Source of the DNA: Cuspidothrix sp.
Lineage (GTDB): Bacteria; Cyanobacteriota; Cyanobacteriia; Cyanobacteriales; Nostocaceae
Direction of reading: 5' to 3'
DNA length: 64,000 bases
Assembly (NCBI GenBank): GCA_046080565.1
Contig: JBJTUF010000092.1
Span: 5,135-69,134, forward strand
The notes under the pieces were generated by a model, which saw only the letters and a program-made list of their open reading frames with translations, was not told where the DNA came from and did no database searches. Of this stretch, positions 50,869 through 62,043 are shown in pieces (position 1 is the stretch's first letter; the number at the start of each line of letters is the position of its first letter). The translations under genes and the position numbers were made by a program.

Positions 50869-53800
50869 ATGTCTAGGTTGTTAATTACTCAATACCAAAC
50901 AGAAGTACAAAAAATCATTCAGTTTGGTGGTTCACGCAAAGAAACATCAATTCGCTTTGCATTTCAAAATCTATTAAATGAATATTGCAAACCCCGTGAT
51001 TTTCTTCTCATTCCTGAATTAGATTTTAAATTACCAAATGGTAAAGTCGTTTATCCCGATGGTACTGTTAAAGATGCTTTGCGCTTAGATTGGGGTTACT
51101 GGGAAAGCAAAGACCAATATGATAATTTAGACGAAGAAATTGAAAAGAAATTAAATAAAGGTTATCCCGATAGTAATATTTTATTTGAAGATTCCCAAAC
51201 CGCCGTTTTAATTCAAGGTGGTACAGAAACTCAGCGTGTATCTATGCAAGATGCGGACGCGCTAGATGGTATTATTAATAACTTTATTAATTTTGTCCGT
51301 CCTGAAGTGCGGGACTTTCGAGAAGCGATTGAAATTTTTAAGCAGGATATTCCCATAATATTAAATTCTCTCAGAAACTTGATAAATAGTCAAGAGGGGA
51401 ATAATAAATTATTTGAAACTGCCAGAAATAAGTTTTGGGAACTTTGTAAAAAGTCTATTAACCCGGAAATTACATTGTTAGATATTCGGGAAATGATGAT
51501 TCAGCATATTTTAACGGAAGACATTTTTATTAATATTTTCAGTGAGTCGCAGTTTCATCAAGAAAATAACGTTGCGAGGGAATTGCAAGGGGTAATTTCT
51601 ACATTTTTTACAGGAAGTTTAAAGCGGAATACTTTAGGAAGTATAGAAAGATATTATGCTGTTATTAAAAGAGCTGCGGCGAATATTGTTAACCATCAAG
51701 AAAAACAGAAATTTTTAAAAGCATTATACGAGAACTTTTATAAAGCATATAATCCCAAAGCTGCGGATAGATTAGGAATTGTGTATACTCCTAATGAAAT
51801 TGTCAGGTTTATGATTGAAAGTGTGGATTTTTTAGTACATAAACATTTTGGTAAGTTGTTAGCGGATAAAGATGTAGAAATTCTAGATCCTGCGACGGGT
51901 ACGGGAACTTTTATTACTGAATTAATTGATTATTTACCTCCCCATAGTTTACAGCATAAATATAAAAATGAGATTCATTGTAATGAGGTGGCAATTTTAC
52001 CTTATTATATCGCAAATTTGAATATTGAATATACTTATAAACAGAAGATGGGTGTGTATGAGGAGTTTGAAAATATTTGTTTTGTGGATACTTTAGATCA
52101 TACTTTGTTTGAAGGTAAGCAAATGGATTTGTTTGCGATTACTTTGGAGAATACTGAGAGGATTAAAAGACAGAATGATAGAACTATTTCTGTGATTATT
52201 GGAAATCCTCCTTATAATGCAAAGCAGGAAAATTTTAATGATAATAATGCAAATCGAAGTTATCAAAATATAGATAAGTTAATTAAGGAAAGTTATATAA
52301 AATATAGTAAAGCGCAAAATAATATTGTAATTTATGATATGTACACTAGATTTATTAGATGGGCTTCTGATAGACTAGGTAAAAATGGGATTATTGCGTT
52401 TGTTTCTAATAGTTCTTTTATAGATTCTATTGCTTATGATGGTTTTAGAAAAGTTGTAGCTAAAGAATTTAATGAAATTTATATTATTGACATGAAAGGT
52501 AATGCAAGAACAAGCGGAGAAAGACGAAGACAAGAAGGAGGTAATGTTTTTAGTGATGAAATTAGAGTAGGTGTAGCGGTTTATTTTTTAGTCAGAAATG
52601 AAAAAACAGAAGGTTTCAAAGTTTATTATAATGCAATTGATGATTATGCAAGTGCAGATGAAAAGAAAAGTTATTTTAGTTCTCAAAAATTTAGAGATTT
52701 AGGGTTTACTCATATTAAACCAGATAATCATGGTAATTGGATAAATCAAGCTGATAATGATTTTGAAAGTCTTTTACCTTTGGTTGATAAAGATGTGAAA
52801 GCAGGTAAAGGAGAAGAAGCTGTATTTAAGTTGTTTTCTTCAGGTTTGAAAACACAGAGAGATGAATGGATTTATGATTTATCTGAAACTGCGTTAGAGA
52901 AAAAAATTAAATTTTTAATTCAAGTTTATCAAGCAACATTAAAAGATTCAAAATACGCAGGAAGAGATCAAATTAAATGGGATAGAGAATTAAATAAATA
53001 TTTAGATCGGAAAATTAGTAAAACGTTTGAAATAGCCAAATTATTAAAAATTTATATCGTCCTTTTTACAAACAAAAATTTTATTTTGATAGACATTTTA
53101 ATGGTATGACTTATCAATGGTTTGATATTTTAAATCAAGATGATGATCAAAATAAGTATATTGTCATACCAGGACTTTCATCACCTAAAGATTTTCATAC
53201 TTTAGCTGCAACAATTATTATTGATTTAAATTGCTTACCCGCAGGTTCTCAATGTCTCCCATTATATCGCTACGACAAAGAAGGAAACCGCATTGATAAT
53301 ATAACCGACTGGGGACTAAAACAAATTCAAACCCATTATCAAGATACAACAATTACCAAAATAGACATCTTTTATTATACCTACGCAGTATTACATAATC
53401 CCGCATACCGCACCAAATACGAACTGAATTTAAAACGCGACTTTCCCCGTTTACCATATTATGAAAACTTTCAAAAATGGGTTAACTGGGGAAAACAACT
53501 CATGGAATTACATATTAATTATGAAACAGTCACATCTTATAAATTAACCCGTGTGGATATTCCCTTAAAAGACACCCCTTCGACCTCGCTCAGGGAACGT
53601 CAAAAAACCATCAAAGTTAAATTGAAAGCAGATAAAATAAAAGGTAGCATCATCTTAGATGATGTCACCACATTAACAGAAGTTCCTGAAATTGCTTGGG
53701 AATATATGCTAGGAAATCGTAGTGCATTAGAATGGATATTAGATCAATATAAAGAAAAGAAACCAAAAGATCCAACCATTGCAGAAAAATTCAATACCTA

Positions 53801-53906
53801 TCGTTTTGCAGATTATAAAGAACAGGTCATAGAATTATTAATGAAAGTTTGTACCGTGAGTCTAGAAACAATGAATATAATTAAAGAAATGTCAGCATCA
53901 GAATAA
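50869..53906 (+). pseudogene. Type ISP/IIG-like single-chain restriction-modification enzyme, frameshifted near 53030
   Basis: PDG...WESKD nuclease, DPATGTGTF and GNPPY N6-MTase motifs; alternate frame after 53031 reads NSQIIKNLYRPFYKQKFYFDRHFNG into ORF 53106. Confidence 0.85.
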
Positions 53907-53964
53907 CCAGGATTAAAGGATGTACAGGATACAATATCAAAAATTAAACACAGATAATTTTTAC

Positions 53965-54037
53965 ATTTTCTCTGTGTCCTCTGCGTCCTCTGCGGTTCGA
54001 TAAAAAAGAATTTGTCAGAATCAGGATATCCAGGATT
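53965..54037 (+). repeat. ~73-bp direct repeat left of the TA module
   Basis: TTTTCTCTGTGTCCTCTGCGTCCTCTGCGGTTCGATAAAAAAG...TGTCAGAATCAGGATA.CCAGGATT; repeated at 54643..54716. Confidence 0.88.
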
Positions 54038-54129
54038 AAAGGATTTACAGGATGAAATTTTATAAAACATAGAAAAATCTGATTAAGTTTGATATAATTT
54101 GAAAAAGTCATTAACTAGAGGTTTAAAAA

Positions 54130-54375
54130 ATGACAACAATTAAACTACAAATTCCCTTGGAATCATTAATAGAAGCGATCACATCTTTAAGTTTAGCGGA
54201 AAAACAAGAAATCTTAGAGTTTTTGCAAGCAGATTTAATAGATGAAGAAAATGATTTAATAGAAGAAAATCCGCAAATTATGAAAGAAGTTGCAGAAGCG
54301 AGAAAAGCTTATCAAAATGGTGAATATCAAACAATTCAAGAATATATAGAAAATCGTAAGCATCAACCTTCATGA
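54130..54375 (+). CDS. Putative antitoxin
   Basis: Small acidic protein with an ATGA overlap with relE. Confidence 0.75.
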   Translation: MTTIKLQIPLESLIEAITSLSLAEKQEILEFLQADLIDEENDLIEENPQIMKEVAEARKAYQNGEYQTIQEYIENRKHQPS

Positions 54376-54632
54376 CTTACCAAGTTATTATTCCTAAACC
54401 GGTTGAAAAACAACTGGAAAATTTATCACAAAATATTAACGAAAGAATCTTAGAAAAGATTTTAGCTTTAGTTGAAGATCCTCGTCCATCTGGAGTCAAG
54501 AAACTCAAAGGTTTTGAAAATGAATACAGAATTAGAGTAGGAGATTATCGAGTACGCTATGAAATTGATGATGAAAACTTAACAGTTATAGTTCTTCATT
54601 GTTCATACCGAAAAGACGTGTACAGAAAATAA
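54372..54632 (+). CDS. relE: RelE/ParE family toxin
   Basis: PRPSGVKKLKG...YRIRVGDYRVRY...RKDVY. Confidence 0.92.
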   Translation: MTYQVIIPKPVEKQLENLSQNINERILEKILALVEDPRPSGVKKLKGFENEYRIRVGDYRVRYEIDDENLTVIVLHCSYRKDVYRK

Positions 54633-54642
54633 ACTTTGATAT

Positions 54643-54716
54643 ATTTTCTCTGTGTCCTCTGCGTCCTCTGCGGTTCGATAAAAAAAGAAATTGTCAGAAT
54701 CAGGATAACCAGGATT
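54643..54716 (+). repeat. Direct repeat right of the TA module
   Basis: Near-identical to 53965..54037. Confidence 0.88.
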
Positions 54717-54774
54717 TTAGATCACTGATTTCTGAAATAAATTAGTAATTTTAGAAAAAATTAACTTTTATCAC

Positions 54775-54806
54775 TTGACTCTCCACCTAACTAGAGAGTT
54801 TATTTT
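54775..54806 (+). promoter_or_regulatory. MerR-type promoter/operator upstream of the MerR gene
   Basis: TTGACTCTCCACCTAACTAGAG..TATTTT; same layout as 48035. Confidence 0.65.
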
Positions 54807-54841
54807 AGAGTAGCAACTTAAATTTAGTGGGAAGTTAAATT

Positions 54842-55255
54842 ATGTTAACTCAAGAAAAATTAAACCTCATTGGTATGGTTGCAAAAGAAAGCGGTGTACC
54901 CATTAAAACCATTCGTTACTATGAAGAACTGGGTTTACTTAAAACAACAGGAAGAACAGAAGGAGGATATAGAATATTTGCAACTGATGTGTTTACAAGG
55001 TTGAAATTTATTAAACGCGCTCAACATTTAGGTTTAAGTTTATCAGAAATCAAAGAATTTTTGAATGTTCATGATCAAGGTCAGCTACCTTGTGATCATA
55101 TTAAAGACAAATTGCAAGATAAGTTAACAGCCATTGATGAACAAATTCATCAATTACTCATGTTAAAACAAGATTTAGAAAGACTGCTTGAAGGTTGGGA
55201 AAATATACCCAAAACCCAAGCAGAAACAATTTGTCCTATCATCGAGAAAGTGTGA
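54842..55255 (+). CDS. MerR family heavy-metal-responsive regulator
   Basis: IGMVA...TIRYYE..GLL...RTEGGYR HTH; Cys at dimer helix start and C-terminal CPII. Confidence 0.92.
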   Translation: MLTQEKLNLIGMVAKESGVPIKTIRYYEELGLLKTTGRTEGGYRIFATDVFTRLKFIKRAQHLGLSLSEIKEFLNVHDQGQLPCDHIKDKLQDKLTAIDEQIHQLLMLKQDLERLLEGWENIPKTQAETICPIIEKV

Positions 55256-55493
55256 ATAATCAGATGATTCAATATATAAATCTTGTGGAGTGGGTTTGCC
55301 TTAGTAAGTCAGCTATAAATTGTTGTGAATTTTGGTGTAAAAGGACACAGTGGAGGTTGCAGGTTATTCTCTCGCTTTTTGAGTTTTATTGCTCTAATAT
55401 TTGCAGTAATTAATTATCTTCATCGAAACCAAGCTTTTCTCGCGTTAATCTGGTAAATATCTATTAAGATGAAAATTTTCAGGAGGTGCGGTA

Positions 55494-56759
55494 GTGAGTA
55501 TCCAAAGTCTAGTTGAGCAGCCCACAATCCCTTCAGATATACCCTATAATGCCGATAGCTTCAATCACGTCGTCATGTCCACCTATGGACGCTTTCCCAT
55601 TGCTTTAGAACGGGGTGCGGGTTGTCGCGTTTGGGATACCCAAGGTAAGGAATATCTGGATTTTGTGGCGGGAATTGCCACTTGTACTTTAGGACACGCC
55701 CACCCAGTTATGGTAGAGGCTGTAACTAGACAAATTCAAAAACTGCATCATGTTTCTAATTTGTACTATATTCCCGAACAAGGTGAATTAGCTAAATGGA
55801 TTATTGATCATTCCTGTGCAGATCGGGCATTTTTCTGTAATTCTGGGGCAGAAGCTAATGAAGCGGCGATTAAATTAGCCCGCAAATATGGACACACGGT
55901 TTTAGAAATTGCTAATCCAATTATATTAACTGCCCATGCGAGTTTTCACGGACGGACTTTAGCAACTGTTACCGCAACTGGACAAGCAAAATATCAAAAG
56001 CATTTTGATCCTTTAGTCCCTGGTTTCCATTGTGTAAATTATAACGATATTAGAGCAGTTGAAGCTGCTGTGACTGAATTAGATGAAGGTAATTATCGTG
56101 TTGCGGCGATTTTAATTGAACCATTGCAAGGAGAAGGTGGAGTTCGTCCTGGTGATATAGCCTACTTTAAACGGTTACGGGAAATTTGCGACGAAACGGG
56201 CATTTTATTAATATTTGATGAAGTGCAAGTAGGAATGGGAAGAACTGGTAAATTATGGGGTTATGAACATTTGGGAGTAGAACCGGATATTTTCACCAGT
56301 GCAAAAGGTTTAGGCGGTGGTATTCCCATCGGTGCAATGATGAGTAAGAAGTTCTGTGATATTTTTCAACCAGGAGAACACGCGAGTACCTTTGGTGGCA
56401 ATCCTTTTGTGTGTGGTGTGGCTTTAAGTGTTTGTGAGACTTTAGAAAAAGAGAATATTTTAGAGAATGTACAGGAACAAGGGGCGCATTTGCGAGAAGG
56501 ATTAAGAGCGATCGCTCTCAAATACCCTCATCATATCTCAGAAGTGCGCGGTTGGGGTTTAATCAACGGTATGGAAATCAAAGCTGATATTCCTTTAACT
56601 GCTGCTGAAGTTGTGAAAGCTGCGATGGATGAGGGTTTATTACTGGTTCCTGCTGGTCCCAAGGTTGTCCGCTTTGTTCCCCCTCTCATTGTCACAGAAG
56701 CAGAAATCAATCAAGCATTAAAAACTGTAGACAAAGCATTAGCTAAACTCACAGTGTAA
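55494..56759 (+). CDS. argD: Acetylornithine aminotransferase
   Basis: NSGAEANE, FHGRT, EPLQGEGG, DEVQ and SAKGLGGG motifs. Confidence 0.93.
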   Translation: MSIQSLVEQPTIPSDIPYNADSFNHVVMSTYGRFPIALERGAGCRVWDTQGKEYLDFVAGIATCTLGHAHPVMVEAVTRQIQKLHHVSNLYYIPEQGELAKWIIDHSCADRAFFCNSGAEANEAAIKLARKYGHTVLEIANPIILTAHASFHGRTLATVTATGQAKYQKHFDPLVPGFHCVNYNDIRAVEAAVTELDEGNYRVAAILIEPLQGEGGVRPGDIAYFKRLREICDETGILLIFDEVQVGMGRTGKLWGYEHLGVEPDIFTSAKGLGGGIPIGAMMSKKFCDIFQPGEHASTFGGNPFVCGVALSVCETLEKENILENVQEQGAHLREGLRAIALKYPHHISEVRGWGLINGMEIKADIPLTAAEVVKAAMDEGLLLVPAGPKVVRFVPPLIVTEAEINQALKTVDKALAKLTV

Positions 56760-56901
56760 GTTGTAATTACTAATTCGTAATTTTTAATTTCAGAATTATC
56801 AATTACGAATTTTTTTTATTTACAAATTTTATATTTGCTGAAATAGTCAAAATTAATAATTTATCAAATATCCAATTTCTCTTATACTAGAATTAAATAT
56901 A

Positions 56902-58332
56902 ATGCTTAATTTTCAAGAGTTAGAAACTCAAATAAACACTAATCAAACACAAAATTTTGAAATTGAATATCTTGACACTGAACTATTTCAGGAATTTGTT
57001 GATAAATTGATAGTCCAAGATACTCTTAACCGCAAAATTGTTAGTTTTCAGGCTAATAAACTTACACCTATTTACCGATGGTACAAATATAAAGAAGCTT
57101 TTTCTGCAAAATTAGTAGAATACTTACTAGATAAATATCAGATCAAATCTGGAAAAGTATTAGATCCCTTTGCTGGTAGTGGAACAACTTTATTTGCAAC
57201 TAGCAATATGGGTTTAAATGCTGATGGGATTGAATTACTATCTATTGGCAAAGAAATTATTAATACTAGGTTAACTTTAGAAAAAGAGTTTACAGAAAAT
57301 GATTTTGTTCAACTTTTATCTTGGTCTAAAAATTATCCTTGGCAAAGATCAGAAATTCAGCAAAATATCCAGGAACTAACAATTACTAAAGGTGCGTATC
57401 CTCAAGAAACATTACATGAAATTGAAAAATATATTGCTACTTACCAACACGAAAATAGCAAAGTCAAACAAGTATTACAATTTGCATTATTATGTGTTTT
57501 AGAGGATATCAGTTATACCCGTAAAGACGGACAATATTTACGTTGGGATTATCGTTCTAGTCGTCAGCAAGGTAATATACCTTTTAATAAAGGAAAAATT
57601 TTCAGCTTCAAACAGGCAATTACTTATAAAATCAGAGAAATTTTAGAAGATATTCACACAGGGAGTCCACAAGGTGAACTTTTCCCCAGTCAAACTAAAC
57701 AAGGTGAAATTAGTTTGTTTACAGGTTCTAGTTTAGAGATAATGCCACAATTACCTGATTCTCATTATGATGTAATTTTAACTTCTCCTCCTTATTGCAA
57801 CCGTTATGACTATACTAGAACTTATGCTTTAGAACTGGCTTTGCTAGGAGTAGGACAAGAGGACATAATTAATCTCAGACAACAGATGTTAAGCTGTACA
57901 GTGGAAAACCGTCCCAAGGATTTATTAGCAATTAATTCTCAATGGTCACAAGCTATTATTGCTACAGATAAACAAAAATTACTACAAGCTATTTTGCAAT
58001 ATTTAGAAGAACAAAAATTACAAAAAAAATTAAATAATAATGGTATTCCCCGAATGGTAAGAGGGTATTTTTATGAAATGGCTTGCATAATTTATGAATG
58101 TTATCGGGTGATGAAACCACAAGGATTGATGTTTACGATCAATGATAATGTGCGTTATGCTGGTGTTAGTATTTCAGTAGATATGATTTTATCAAAAATA
58201 GCTGAACATCTTGGATTTAAAGTAGAAACTATTTTAGTTTTACCAAATTCTAAAGGTAATAGTAGTCAACAAATGGGAATACATGGACGTGATGCGCTGA
58301 GAAAATGCGTTTACGTTTGGAGAAAAGTTTAA
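56902..58332 (+). CDS. N4-cytosine DNA methyltransferase (M.AvaI-like)
   Basis: DPFAGSGTT and TSPPY motifs; precedes an AvaI-like endonuclease. Confidence 0.88.
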   Translation: MLNFQELETQINTNQTQNFEIEYLDTELFQEFVDKLIVQDTLNRKIVSFQANKLTPIYRWYKYKEAFSAKLVEYLLDKYQIKSGKVLDPFAGSGTTLFATSNMGLNADGIELLSIGKEIINTRLTLEKEFTENDFVQLLSWSKNYPWQRSEIQQNIQELTITKGAYPQETLHEIEKYIATYQHENSKVKQVLQFALLCVLEDISYTRKDGQYLRWDYRSSRQQGNIPFNKGKIFSFKQAITYKIREILEDIHTGSPQGELFPSQTKQGEISLFTGSSLEIMPQLPDSHYDVILTSPPYCNRYDYTRTYALELALLGVGQEDIINLRQQMLSCTVENRPKDLLAINSQWSQAIIATDKQKLLQAILQYLEEQKLQKKLNNNGIPRMVRGYFYEMACIIYECYRVMKPQGLMFTINDNVRYAGVSISVDMILSKIAEHLGFKVETILVLPNSKGNSSQQMGIHGRDALRKCVYVWRKV

Positions 58333-58357
58333 TTTAATTAAGTGAAAGGAAATAAAA

Positions 58358-59305
58358 TTGACATATAAAAATCATTTAACTACAGGTCTTGATTTAGTGA
58401 CAGCTTATGAAAAAACCAGGGCTGGTTTTGTTGCTTTAGCTATTGAAAGAAACCGTCGGGCTACACCATTTATTGATCAAGCAAGAGTGTTAAAAAATAT
58501 CGCTACTCAAGCTTCTATGCCTTTAGATTTAATTAATATTGTCGAAATACAACCTGCTTTATTAGCTGCATCTGGAGTTTCTGATAAAGCAGCAGGTTAT
58601 TTACAACCAGAGGATAAAATACAAGCTATTCAAGGATTAATTAAAGAGTTTTTAGAACCAGCAGGTTCAGATTTTGTTGAAGAACTAGTTTATAGATTTT
58701 TATTAACTAGAGGAGATACTCTAGGTGGTTCAATGCGAAATGTGGGTGGAGTTTTAGCGCAACGCAAATTAACTCGCGTAATTTTGGCAAATTTAGCACT
58801 TGCTGGTATTCCTTATTATTGGTTACATTCTACGGCTAAAACATGGATCAATATGACAGAAGAAGATGCAGGAATAGATTTATATGTGAAGGGTTTAAGT
58901 TGGTCAATTGGGAATAAAAATCGAACAATTATTTATAATCTTACAGTTCCTTTAGTGAAAAATAATATTGATGTTTGTTTGTTCAATTGTGATTATCAAA
59001 ATATTTCTCCTGCAACTTATAAAATTCCGAATCTTTATATTGCACTGGGAGAATTAAAAGGTGGAATTGATCCTGCTGGTGCTGATGAACATTGGAAAAC
59101 CGCAAAAACAGCTTTATCCAGAATATGGAAAGCATTTTCTCAAGTTGATTTATCACCACATACATTTTTTATTGGTACAGCTATTGAAAAACGGATGGCC
59201 GAAGAAATATGGAGTGATTTAGAAGCCGGTAAATTGACTAATGCTGCTAATATGACAAATGATACTCAAATTGACTCAATGTGTCACTGGTTAATCAATT
59301 TGTAA
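58358..59305 (+). CDS. Type II restriction endonuclease, AvaI/BsoBI family
   Basis: [19 protein letters not shown] and [19 protein letters not shown] motifs; 315 aa. Confidence 0.9.
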   Translation: MTYKNHLTTGLDLVTAYEKTRAGFVALAIERNRRATPFIDQARVLKNIATQASMPLDLINIVEIQPALLAASGVSDKAAGYLQPEDKIQAIQGLIKEFLEPAGSDFVEELVYRFLLTRGDTLGGSMRNVGGVLAQRKLTRVILANLALAGIPYYWLHSTAKTWINMTEEDAGIDLYVKGLSWSIGNKNRTIIYNLTVPLVKNNIDVCLFNCDYQNISPATYKIPNLYIALGELKGGIDPAGADEHWKTAKTALSRIWKAFSQVDLSPHTFFIGTAIEKRMAEEIWSDLEAGKLTNAANMTNDTQIDSMCHWLINL

Positions 59306-59339
59306 GGCATTTACAAATCTCCAAACAAAATATAAAATC

Positions 59340-60311
59340 CTACAACCATTCAATTATTTTGGCTTTTTCTGGTAACTTGGCATTTCTTTGTCCAATACTT
59401 CTTTCTCGACCAGTAAATAAACTAATAGGCGTATTGATAAAATCTACTAAACTAGCTTTACCAATTATATTTTTAATAGTAGTTTTTGGCAATTCTTTTA
59501 ATAACCACCGTAAGACAATATAGCCATATTCTGATGTTGTTAATTCCTTCATTAAATCTACACCATGCAATTCATGTAAATAGCGATTAGAACGCCCATA
59601 ACGTCGCCATTGACTGGCTAATTCTTCCATTGTCACCCGGTGACGATGTTGGACAATAGCATCAGCAGCAAATTCTAATTTACCAAGATTAGCTTTGAGA
59701 ATTCGCCAACAAATATCTGCATCTCCTCCTGTAGTTAGATAGGGACGAAATAAACCTGAAGTATGGAAAACTTGCCGGCGAATTGCTAAATTTGCGGTTT
59801 GTCCATAGGGACAAAATTTATGCGCTAGGGTATGTTTTTGTGATAAAGTTTCTTGTTTATCGGCAAATTGTTCTAGTAAACTTGTACCTGGTAATGGGAG
59901 AATTTCTCCAGCCACAATTACCACTTCGGAATTAATAAAAGGTTGAATTAATTTTTCTAACCATTGGGGTTGGGGACGACAATCTGCATCAGTAAAAGCG
60001 ATAATTTCTCCAGTAGCAGCTTTAATACCTGTGTTTCGTGCAGCGTAGGAACTTTGAATATTATTTTCACTTAAAGGGTTAATTTTAATCGGGGCGTTTT
60101 CAGCAGTTTGCTGGAGAATTGACAGAGTGCGATCGCTACTATTATTATCTACTAATAAATACTCTACTTTATCCGTTGGATAACTTTGAGAAAACAGACA
60201 ATTTAGTAAATCTGATAAATCTGTTTCACCATTATAAATAGGAATAACCACCGATACCTTTGGCTTAAATAGGCAATCAGTGGTTATATTAATTGCTTGG
60301 GGATTAATCAT
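59340..60311 (-). CDS. GT2 family glycosyltransferase
   Basis: SVVIP, VDNNSSD, ARNTG and FTDAD motifs. Confidence 0.92.
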   Translation of the reverse strand: MINPQAINITTDCLFKPKVSVVIPIYNGETDLSDLLNCLFSQSYPTDKVEYLLVDNNSSDRTLSILQQTAENAPIKINPLSENNIQSSYAARNTGIKAATGEIIAFTDADCRPQPQWLEKLIQPFINSEVVIVAGEILPLPGTSLLEQFADKQETLSQKHTLAHKFCPYGQTANLAIRRQVFHTSGLFRPYLTTGGDADICWRILKANLGKLEFAADAIVQHRHRVTMEELASQWRRYGRSNRYLHELHGVDLMKELTTSEYGYIVLRWLLKELPKTTIKNIIGKASLVDFINTPISLFTGRERSIGQRNAKLPEKAKIIEWL

Positions 60312-60395
60312 CTCAGGTAGATTGCTGTTAAAAATAACTGATAATTAAACATTAAATTTTATCCCACCTCAAAGGGTGGAATTAAAACTTAAATT

Positions 60396-61730
60396 CTAAA
60401 ATTTCAAGTCTTCAGCACGGACGCTAATAGACTGAGAATTTTCATTTTTGACTGATTGTGCTACCCTACCATTAGAAAGAGCAGCAATGGCGCGAGTATA
60501 TTGGGGATCACTATTTGTACCGATTAAATTCGGATTAGAAGCCAATTGGCGTTCCTGTGTTTGGGTCAAGTCTAACTTGATATCCGGTGTAATCCCTGTA
60601 TGATTAATATCTGTACCATTAGGTGTATAGTAATGAGCAATGGTGACAGCTAACCCTGAACCATCCGCTAGTTCATGCACTGACTGAACCAAAGCTTTAC
60701 CGAAGGTTTGACTACCTACAACCACAGCGCGTTTATTATCTTTGAGTGCGCCGGTGAGGATTTCACTAGCACTGGCAGAATTACCATCAACTAAAATGGC
60801 TAATGGTAAATTGGTAATAGCTGTACGATTAGCTTTGGTATCAGAACTTGATCCTTTACGGTCTACTGTTTTCACAATATGACCATCATCTAGCCACATT
60901 TTAGCAATTTCGATACTCGCATTTAACAAGCCACCGGGATTACCTCGCAAATCCAAAACGTAGGAATCAACTTTTTTGCTTTCGAGGTTGCGAATGGCTG
61001 TACGCATTTGATCCGCAGCATGGGAGCTAAACTCTTGTAACCGGATATAACCCACTTTGCGACCACCCTCTTGTTTAAGAGTATAGCGAACGGTGGGAAC
61101 TTCTATGGTAGCTCTGGTGAGTTTGATGTTAAATTTATTACCTGGTCTTTCTAGATCCAAACTAACAGCAGTACCTACTCGACCCCGAATTAATTTTGAG
61201 GCATCTTCGACTGACATTTTCAGGGTAGATTTACCATCAATTGCTAAAATTTGATCACCTGGTTTCAGTCCAGCTTTAAGTGCTGGAGAATTTTCTATTG
61301 CTTCTACAACGGTGAGACGCTTGGTTTTTTCGTTGATTTCCATGCGAATACCAATCCCGGAAACTTCCCCAGATGTTTGACTAGTTAGGGATTCGTACTG
61401 TTTGGGATTCATAAACCGGGTGTAGGGATCACCTAGCTTTTGCAAAGCTTCACGGATCGCTACATATGCCTCATCTTTAGAAGTATAGTCTTTACTTAAT
61501 AAGCTTTGCCTGATTGCTTGCCAATCCTGTTGATTAAATTTTTCATCAACATATTCACGATTCACAACCTGCCAAACTTGGTCAACTAATGCTTTAGGAC
61601 TATCTTGTAAAGCTGCGTGAACGGAGCGTGTCCAGGCTTGACTAAATACAGATATAGTAGCAGTTGTGGCGATCGCTCCACCAATCAGGGCTGCTTGGAG
61701 CGGTGAGTAACGTTTCGCAGATTGGTTCAT
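60396..61730 (-). CDS. ctpB: Carboxyl-terminal processing protease (S41, PDZ)
   Basis: DPYT, GIGI, DLRGNPGG, SASASE and TFGK motifs; CTA at 60396 and CAT ending at 61730 show the minus strand (track label is wrong). Confidence 0.88.
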   Translation of the reverse strand: MNQSAKRYSPLQAALIGGAIATTATISVFSQAWTRSVHAALQDSPKALVDQVWQVVNREYVDEKFNQQDWQAIRQSLLSKDYTSKDEAYVAIREALQKLGDPYTRFMNPKQYESLTSQTSGEVSGIGIRMEINEKTKRLTVVEAIENSPALKAGLKPGDQILAIDGKSTLKMSVEDASKLIRGRVGTAVSLDLERPGNKFNIKLTRATIEVPTVRYTLKQEGGRKVGYIRLQEFSSHAADQMRTAIRNLESKKVDSYVLDLRGNPGGLLNASIEIAKMWLDDGHIVKTVDRKGSSSDTKANRTAITNLPLAILVDGNSASASEILTGALKDNKRAVVVGSQTFGKALVQSVHELADGSGLAVTIAHYYTPNGTDINHTGITPDIKLDLTQTQERQLASNPNLIGTNSDPQYTRAIAALSNGRVAQSVKNENSQSISVRAEDLKF

Positions 61731-62043
61731 GTATATTAGCTGAAATAGTTGTGTTTTTGACAGTTTATCAATCAGTCTTACCTGATGTCCTTTTGTATTT
61801 ATATCCTAATCACCTCTGGCATTCATCCATCTTCTAGCCTTTTGTCAATGACTTAGATATTCTGTTTCTTGGGTAACAAATATGGTTGTAATTGAGCGTT
61901 TTTAATAGCACAACATATCCATATATGTGACACTGAGATAAGTATCATTTGTAAGTGTTCAATTATCCTCCTTACGATAGCACTTTATTAGCTCAGTAGC
62001 AGTGATTTATGTCAATGGATAATTAAACTTTTATTAGTTATTT

